Shown here: positions 58,517-64,000 of the stretch, piece by piece
How the letters are laid out: each line of letters opens with the position of its first letter
Numbering within the stretch: position 1 is the first letter of the stretch
IMG/VR virus record: IMGVR_UViG_3300028832_000118
Location: 1 to 64,000 of that record
DNA from: a virus
Taxonomy: Duplodnaviria > Caudoviricetes
DNA: 64,000 nt
Reading direction: 5' to 3' (one strand)
The notes under the pieces: model-generated
The model's input: the letters and a program-made list of their open reading frames with translations, nothing else
What the model was told of the DNA's origin: nothing
The model's database searches: none
Made by a program: the position numbers and the translations under genes

Positions 58517-58847
58517 TCTTATTTACGTTTGAAGTGGGTGAACCCCATTTATACCATTTTATTCCCTTGGAGAACTCACAGCGGATAATAGGCGCATTAA
58601 CTAACTCATCCTCAAATCTGCTTATGAAATCCCTCGCATTTTTATATAACGATGATTGAGTTCTTAAAAATTTCGTGATGTTTATCCCCTCTATGGTATT
58701 AAAGTCAATTGATTGAGCTGTATTGAAATAACTCTCCTGCCATTTATACACGGCAAAGTACATATATTCATTTCCGCATTCTAACTGCAAAATTACATAT
58801 CCCTGATTCACCAGCTCTTCAATAGCTTCGTAATAATTATTTTCCAT
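58503..58847 (-). CDS. Hypothetical protein
   Basis: 114 aa. Confidence 0.55.
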   Translation of the reverse strand: MENNYYEAIEELVNQGYVILQLECGNEYMYFAVYKWQESYFNTAQSIDFNTIEGINITKFLRTQSSLYKNARDFISRFEDELVNAPIIRCEFSKGIKWYKWGSPTSNVNKNGIK

Positions 58848-58848
58848 T

Positions 58849-59466
58849 TCAATCTAATTTAATATCCTTTATTTTATTTCGTATTGACTTCAAAATCTTA
58901 TTGTAAGTTGAAATCGTTATCCCGTTTTGCTCCACAAAATCACTAACCTTCTTACCCTCCATTTTATGATAACATAGCCGTATCTCTATTGGTGTAAGAT
59001 TATAATTTTTGAAAATTATGTCTATGGTATCTATATTGCAAGTTGAAGAGTAATCGGTATTATTTTTCAAGGCGTCATCATTAGTCATAACGCTGCCATC
59101 CCCGTGCTTCAATTCACGTTTGAAATCTCTGAAAAAATTTCGGGAAAGAGCTTTATTGTAATAAAAATAAAAATTATGCCGCTTGGAAATCTTATACCCC
59201 TTAACGCAATTCATCATTATAATATAACAGTCGCTGACTAACTCGTTGAATTCAGGCACATAGCTATTAGATGACTTAAATGCTAAATTTCGGTAATTGC
59301 TTATATTCTTTTTAACCACATTGTGCATCATTTTGAATAGAAGTACCGAAAAAGCCTGCCGCCTACGCTCTGACTTGGAAAACTTTATAAATGCAATTAC
59401 CTTGTTTACAATCTTTGCGTTGTAAACAAAACCAACATTAAAAAAATTTTCACTAAAATCAATCAT
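58849..59466 (-). CDS. Phage-encoded sigma70-like factor
   Basis: Region 2-like ELVSDCYIIMMNCVKGY..NFYFYY..SRNFFRD and region 4-like LTPIE..C-terminal HTH. Confidence 0.7.
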   Translation of the reverse strand: MIDFSENFFNVGFVYNAKIVNKVIAFIKFSKSERRRQAFSVLLFKMMHNVVKKNISNYRNLAFKSSNSYVPEFNELVSDCYIIMMNCVKGYKISKRHNFYFYYNKALSRNFFRDFKRELKHGDGSVMTNDDALKNNTDYSSTCNIDTIDIIFKNYNLTPIEIRLCYHKMEGKKVSDFVEQNGITISTYNKILKSIRNKIKDIKLD

Positions 59467-59785
59467 TCCTAAAAGTTTTTACAGCGGTTTTAATTTTCTG
59501 CTCTTTTGACTCCCTTATATTCTTTTCAAAATGGTCGTGGGAGCGTTTTTTTAATGAAGCTACCCTCTGCTCTTTCGACAACGATGAAAACTCATTTATT
59601 TCAATATTTTTTTCGCTAATAGGTATATTAGCATTTTCATTAATTTCCACCCTCATTTCACCGCATACGGGGCATTCAACCTTATCGCTAACCAACCTCC
59701 CTCCTACTACCTTATAATTGACTACAAGGTATTCAAATTCTTCGTTGAAGAGCTTACATTTCTCATTCAAACATTTATATTTCAT
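59459..59785 (-). CDS. Zinc-ribbon protein
   Basis: YKCLNEKC..ECPVCG. Confidence 0.65.
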   Translation of the reverse strand: MKYKCLNEKCKLFNEEFEYLVVNYKVVGGRLVSDKVECPVCGEMRVEINENANIPISEKNIEINEFSSLSKEQRVASLKKRSHDHFEKNIRESKEQKIKTAVKTFRND

Positions 59786-60282
59786 TTTTCTTCATTTTTT
59801 GCGTAACTCAATATCAGCAGCGCATCCGCAACTCTCAACCAATCTTTTTTCGTCTTCAGCCCAAACTCCGTTTCCACCTTCGGGAATATGCGTTGAGCAA
59901 CCTCTTTCAATTTAGTTTTCCACTCATTAGTGCTTTTGCCCCCCTTCGTTCCAAGCTGCATCGCCTTCTGCCATTTCTGAGGTGTAACCTCTGTAATCGG
60001 GATATTACGGGCAATTAACGCCATTTCTATATGCCCAAACCCCTTACCAAAATTAAACATCGCACTGCCACCCATTCCTGGCAATCCTCCAACCTTCTCC
60101 AAGTAGCAGATTGAATTTTTCTGAAATTTAGACAAGAATAAAAGCAAATCCCTTGGTGTTTCGGGCATGTGCTGAACGGCTAATAATTTCCCCTTATCCT
60201 TGCTCCAAACCACAATTCCACCCTCTTTTCCTGGGTCTATCGCTATTATTTTTTCGTCATTAAAATACTCTGATGTTTTCAT
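59782..60282 (-). CDS. RuvC-like Holliday junction resolvase
   Basis: IAIDPG, YLEKV, FNFGKGFG, TPQKWQK, ADALLI. Confidence 0.88.
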   Translation of the reverse strand: MKTSEYFNDEKIIAIDPGKEGGIVVWSKDKGKLLAVQHMPETPRDLLLFLSKFQKNSICYLEKVGGLPGMGGSAMFNFGKGFGHIEMALIARNIPITEVTPQKWQKAMQLGTKGGKSTNEWKTKLKEVAQRIFPKVETEFGLKTKKDWLRVADALLILSYAKNEEK

Positions 60283-60293
60283 AATAAAATATA

Positions 60294-62162
60294 TTAACTT
60301 TGGAATTTAGACACTCCGTCAATCTTAACGACTTTCAAATAGTTTTCAAATATCTTTTCAGGCTCTTCAATATTCTGAGTAGTAATCAGGATTGTTATCC
60401 CTATACGCTCCAAAATCCTAATAGCGGACACTGTACCCACATTATCCATCTGCCATAAGGTTTCGTCCATTATCAGCATATTAAGTCCATTTGCACCCAA
60501 AGAGTCATTTATCAATTTCTGAATAGCTAATATGCCTGCTAATATTATTCTTTGTCGCTCTCCCCCCGAAAAAGTCATAAAGTTCTGCCAATCGTAACCA
60601 TTACAGCTAACAAAACAATCTATCTTTTCACGTACATCACCGCTCTTCAAAACCTTATACGGCTCAATCTGCACTCGGTAATCAATTTTCATCTTATCAA
60701 GATAATTATTTATCGTGCCTTCCAGCCTCTTGATAGACTTATTCGCCAAGTAGGTCTGAAATCCGCTCTTACCCATATTGAACTGCCAAAACTTTAACAT
60801 ATTAAGCTCATCATCCGCTACTTTTAACACCTCCCTGCATTCATTATATTTTTTCAATACATCCCTCTTTCTCTGCTTCAGCTCTTCAATCCTCTCCTTT
60901 CTCTGCTTACCGCTTTTCAAATCTTCAATCTCAACTTTTTTCTTTGCTATCTTAACATTCAACGCTTTTATCTCATATTCCTCAACTTCAATCAATTTAT
61001 TCTGCTTATTTATATCATGCTCGCACGCTTCATATTTCAAATTCTGCTCCTTTGCGGCTTTCAACTCCTTATTTGCTTCACTTATTTTTATACTTAAAAC
61101 ATTAACTTCTTCGGCTAACTCTTTCGCCTTACTATCCACTTCCAGCTTTATTTCAAGAGCTTCTTCATAAGTAAGTTTTAACTCATTATCAACCACAAAC
61201 TTCTCACCGCATTTAGGACACTTCAAAACTCCATCAAGTATCAACTCTAACTTCTTTTTCAACTTATTAGCTTCCAGCAGCTCGCTATCGGAATAATCCA
61301 TTGACTTATTTAGCTTATTTATCTTATCACGTGTTTTAGATAAATCTACCAATTTCATCTTTGCTAAATGCTGCTCCATCTTCATTAGCTCTTTCTCCAA
61401 CTTATCTTTTTTCTCCCCCCTGCTAACCAATTCCGCATCCCATCCTACAATTTCCCTCTCTAACTTCTTAACCTCGTATTCAGTATCATCGTTTTCAAGC
61501 AAATCCTTTATCTGTACATCTATCATTTCCATCTTGCCTAATAACTTACCCTCGTTTATTTTTTCAGCCTCTAAATCGGCTTGTTTTGCCTTTACGCTAT
61601 CGGACAAACGCTGAAGCACGCTGTTAATCATATCAGCGTTTGTTATTCGGTTCAATATCTCTTTTTTATCAGAGTCAGAAGCGGTAAAAAAATTGTATCT
61701 ATTATCCTGCCCGACAATAAAGTATCGCACCAAATCATCCTTACAAATACCAATCAGTTCCAATATCCGCTTATTTGCCTCAGCTACAGACACCAGCTGC
61801 TTATTCTGCAATCCATTTTCATAGACAAGGCACGTTGACGACTTACTTGACTTGAAAAATTCCCTCTCTATTCTAATATTCTTTTTTAGAACATCATTAT
61901 AAAGTTCCAAAACTACACTGCAACTGCTAACAGACTTGGATTTATTGATGAAGCTATCCTTCTTTATCGGTCGCAAACAATCACCCGTAATAGCCAACGC
62001 TATCGCTTCAAAAATGGTGCTTTTGCCTGCCCCGTTATTTTCAAAATTCTTGTCTGTATAATTTTTACCCGTAACGACAGTACATACATTATTATTAAAT
62101 TCATATTCCAGTCGCTCAGCTGCAAAAAGATTATTTATTTCAACTTTAATCGGACACCACAT
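60294..62162 (-). CDS. SbcC/Rad50-like (gp46-type) recombination ATPase
   Basis: NGAGKS, central CPKC zinc hook, coiled coils, FSGGE, LIMDE. Confidence 0.93.
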   Translation of the reverse strand: MWCPIKVEINNLFAAERLEYEFNNNVCTVVTGKNYTDKNFENNGAGKSTIFEAIALAITGDCLRPIKKDSFINKSKSVSSCSVVLELYNDVLKKNIRIEREFFKSSKSSTCLVYENGLQNKQLVSVAEANKRILELIGICKDDLVRYFIVGQDNRYNFFTASDSDKKEILNRITNADMINSVLQRLSDSVKAKQADLEAEKINEGKLLGKMEMIDVQIKDLLENDDTEYEVKKLEREIVGWDAELVSRGEKKDKLEKELMKMEQHLAKMKLVDLSKTRDKINKLNKSMDYSDSELLEANKLKKKLELILDGVLKCPKCGEKFVVDNELKLTYEEALEIKLEVDSKAKELAEEVNVLSIKISEANKELKAAKEQNLKYEACEHDINKQNKLIEVEEYEIKALNVKIAKKKVEIEDLKSGKQRKERIEELKQRKRDVLKKYNECREVLKVADDELNMLKFWQFNMGKSGFQTYLANKSIKRLEGTINNYLDKMKIDYRVQIEPYKVLKSGDVREKIDCFVSCNGYDWQNFMTFSGGERQRIILAGILAIQKLINDSLGANGLNMLIMDETLWQMDNVGTVSAIRILERIGITILITTQNIEEPEKIFENYLKVVKIDGVSKFQS

Positions 62163-62163
62163 A

Positions 62164-63213
62164 TTAAATCCCTTTAATTAAATCTAAACCAAATCTAAAT
62201 TCATCGCCCTTTATTCCGTTATCAGAACAGAATTTGATAAAATCTTTTTTAATGCTAACTTTATCAAATTGCAGGGATGCAGTCTGACTAACCTCAATAG
62301 CCTCCACTTCTTCATCCGTCTGCACCTTAACGTCAATTCCATGCTTTCGTATTTCCGCAACATTTATTTTATCGCAATCTGTTTTTTTACCCTTTATTAT
62401 CAACCTCACATTATCCTTACCACCCTCGTATTTTTCAATCAAATTCCGTATGCCTGAAACATCCTCTGCCTGCACCTCCTCTTTTATCCAACGTGGAGAG
62501 TCAGAAGATAGCCTGAAAAAACTCAAATCATCGTTTATCGCTACAAACCCCTTCAAAAAATCCTCGCTGTAATCGTTTTGGTAAAGAGAGCCAGTGTAAT
62601 GGATATTTTCGCCCACCTCTGAGCAATTATGGTAATGACCTACAAACACCTCGTCAAAATCTTTTAGCAAATCGGCACTAACAGCCCCACTAACCAAAGA
62701 GCCGTCATTATTTTTCACACCATTAATCCCTATATGCGTAACTAACATATTTTTTCTACCACTCCTCAACGGCTTATCTCTTAAAAGCTGCGTTAATTTT
62801 TCACACCAAACATCCTCTCTGTAATACGGCATAAAATAAACATCAACACCAATAAAACAATATCGTTTCGGCTCATTTATAACATATATTCCGTTATCTT
62901 CATCAGAAAATATATCTAAATAGCTTCCATCGGCTGTAAGGTCGGTTTTATCGTGATTTCCAGGAATAATATGTAACTCTATGCCGTTTTTAGCTAATAA
63001 GTCAAAACAAGCCTTACAAGCCAGCAAAACGCTGAGAGGCTGCCCTGAGCGGTTAGTGAACATATCCCCTCCTATTATCAAATTTTCAACTTTGAACTTA
63101 TTACAAGCGGCTACCATCTGCGAAAATAAATCCATTACCATAACGCAATTATCCTTGGTAAGATGGACGTCATTCGCTAAAATAAAAATCGGCTTACTCT
63201 TCATCATCTTCAT
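62164..63213 (-). CDS. SbcD/Mre11-like (gp47-type) nuclease
   Basis: NDVHL, GGDMF, PGNHD, THIG, GHYH metallophosphoesterase motifs. Confidence 0.92.
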   Translation of the reverse strand: MKMMKSKPIFILANDVHLTKDNCVMVMDLFSQMVAACNKFKVENLIIGGDMFTNRSGQPLSVLLACKACFDLLAKNGIELHIIPGNHDKTDLTADGSYLDIFSDEDNGIYVINEPKRYCFIGVDVYFMPYYREDVWCEKLTQLLRDKPLRSGRKNMLVTHIGINGVKNNDGSLVSGAVSADLLKDFDEVFVGHYHNCSEVGENIHYTGSLYQNDYSEDFLKGFVAINDDLSFFRLSSDSPRWIKEEVQAEDVSGIRNLIEKYEGGKDNVRLIIKGKKTDCDKINVAEIRKHGIDVKVQTDEEVEAIEVSQTASLQFDKVSIKKDFIKFCSDNGIKGDEFRFGLDLIKGI

Positions 63214-64000
63214 TCTGCATTAAACTTTTGCGCAATTCCATTAAATCATTCTGCATTGACTTATTTATCTTGTTATGCAGTATCGGCATTAACTTATTAT
63301 GTTCGTAATATAGTTTGAAAAATTCTCTCGTTGTACTCCAAGATAATTTCCCGTTCAAAAAACTAACTTTTTTTGCCCCCTCTTTTTTCAATATACCTCT
63401 TTCAATAGCGTAATCAATATCATCTTGGGACAGAATTATTCCATAACCAAGCAAAATCCTGATATCGGTTTTTTGCCTGCTGCCAAAGTCATTCTTAACA
63501 ACCTTAACCTCCGTTATCTGCGCCACCTCTACATCATCAATTTTTTCGTGCTGTTTCAACTTCATAGACAAACGCAAAGTAGGCATCAACGACACCCATT
63601 CTCCCCCCGTGCTTTTCTTGGTAACTATTCCCATATTACTCTGCTCATACTGATGATTCAAAATAACGAAATGAATAATATGGGTGTACATTTCTGACAT
63701 TATGCACTTAACAAACTTTTTTGCCTCTTTCGCAAAAGCCATCATTTTTTCGTTCTTCAACTCAAAACTATCTACCTCACCCCCCTTCTGCAACATCTTC
63801 TCCATCCTATCGGTATTTTCATTCATCGTATCAAGCTCTGACTTTGATAAAGTCGCTCCAAGACTATCCCACATAAAAAAGAACTTGGGTTTCAAATTCT
63901 CCTCAGCCATAATAGCATCGGTATCCATTATCAGCTTCTTCACTTGCAGAAACATCGCTTCAACGTACTTTATTTTCACTATTATTACCCTGCTAACGGG
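63194..64000 (-). CDS. RecA/UvsX-like recombinase, 5' end outside window
   Basis: MWDSLGAT Walker B, VILNHQY, STGGEW, VVKNDFG; frame open to window edge. Confidence 0.85.
   Translation of the reverse strand, partial: PVSRVIIVKIKYVEAMFLQVKKLIMDTDAIMAEENLKPKFFFMWDSLGATLSKSELDTMNENTDRMEKMLQKGGEVDSFELKNEKMMAFAKEAKKFVKCIMSEMYTHIIHFVILNHQYEQSNMGIVTKKSTGGEWVSLMPTLRLSMKLKQHEKIDDVEVAQITEVKVVKNDFGSRQKTDIRILLGYGIILSQDDIDYAIERGILKKEGAKKVSFLNGKLSWSTTREFFKLYYEHNKLMPILHNKINKSMQNDLMELRKSLMQNEDDEE

Noticed and set aside
1-64000. Plus-strand ORFs in the six-frame track
   Set aside because: All overlap convincing minus-strand genes, lack motifs and read as antisense shadows.
1-64000. Stop-codon recoding (TAG or TGA reassigned)
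   Set aside because: Core genes are full length under code 11, and TAG/TGA terminate genes right at the next start (e.g. 18506, 29340, 57026).

Overview
A 64 kb segment of a large contractile-tailed (myovirus) phage, with essentially all genes on the minus strand and intact under genetic code 11. Virion genes (TerL, portal, protease/scaffold, capsid, sheath, tube, baseplate) resemble SPO1/Twort/A511-type phages. A TAnnTTTG promoter and A-rich, SD-less translation starts point to a Bacteroidota host. In transcription order the window holds: a recombination/replication block (RecA-like, Mre11/Rad50-like, RuvC-like, sigma factor, SF1 helicase); Cys-rich micro-ORFs; a candidate structured RNA; a CAU tRNA with a 19-nt anticodon-loop insert; a probable TerS; an early-gene block behind a host-type promoter; TerL; then head, lysis and tail genes. 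The main find is a family of at least six genes in the packaging and head region, plus a leader-only remnant. They share an N-terminal KSF/EKA leader and/or a small Trp-rich module, fused to unrelated payloads (kinase plus ADP-ribosyltransferase, P-loop ATPase, primase-like domain, unknowns). I infer a modular, protease-processed virion cargo system. Other highlights are DNA hypermodification-type enzymes (deacetylase-glycosyltransferase fusion, radical SAM, amino acid:DNA transferase) and a G10 tract in a DNA adenine methylase. All family assignments come from motif recognition by eye; no searches were run.
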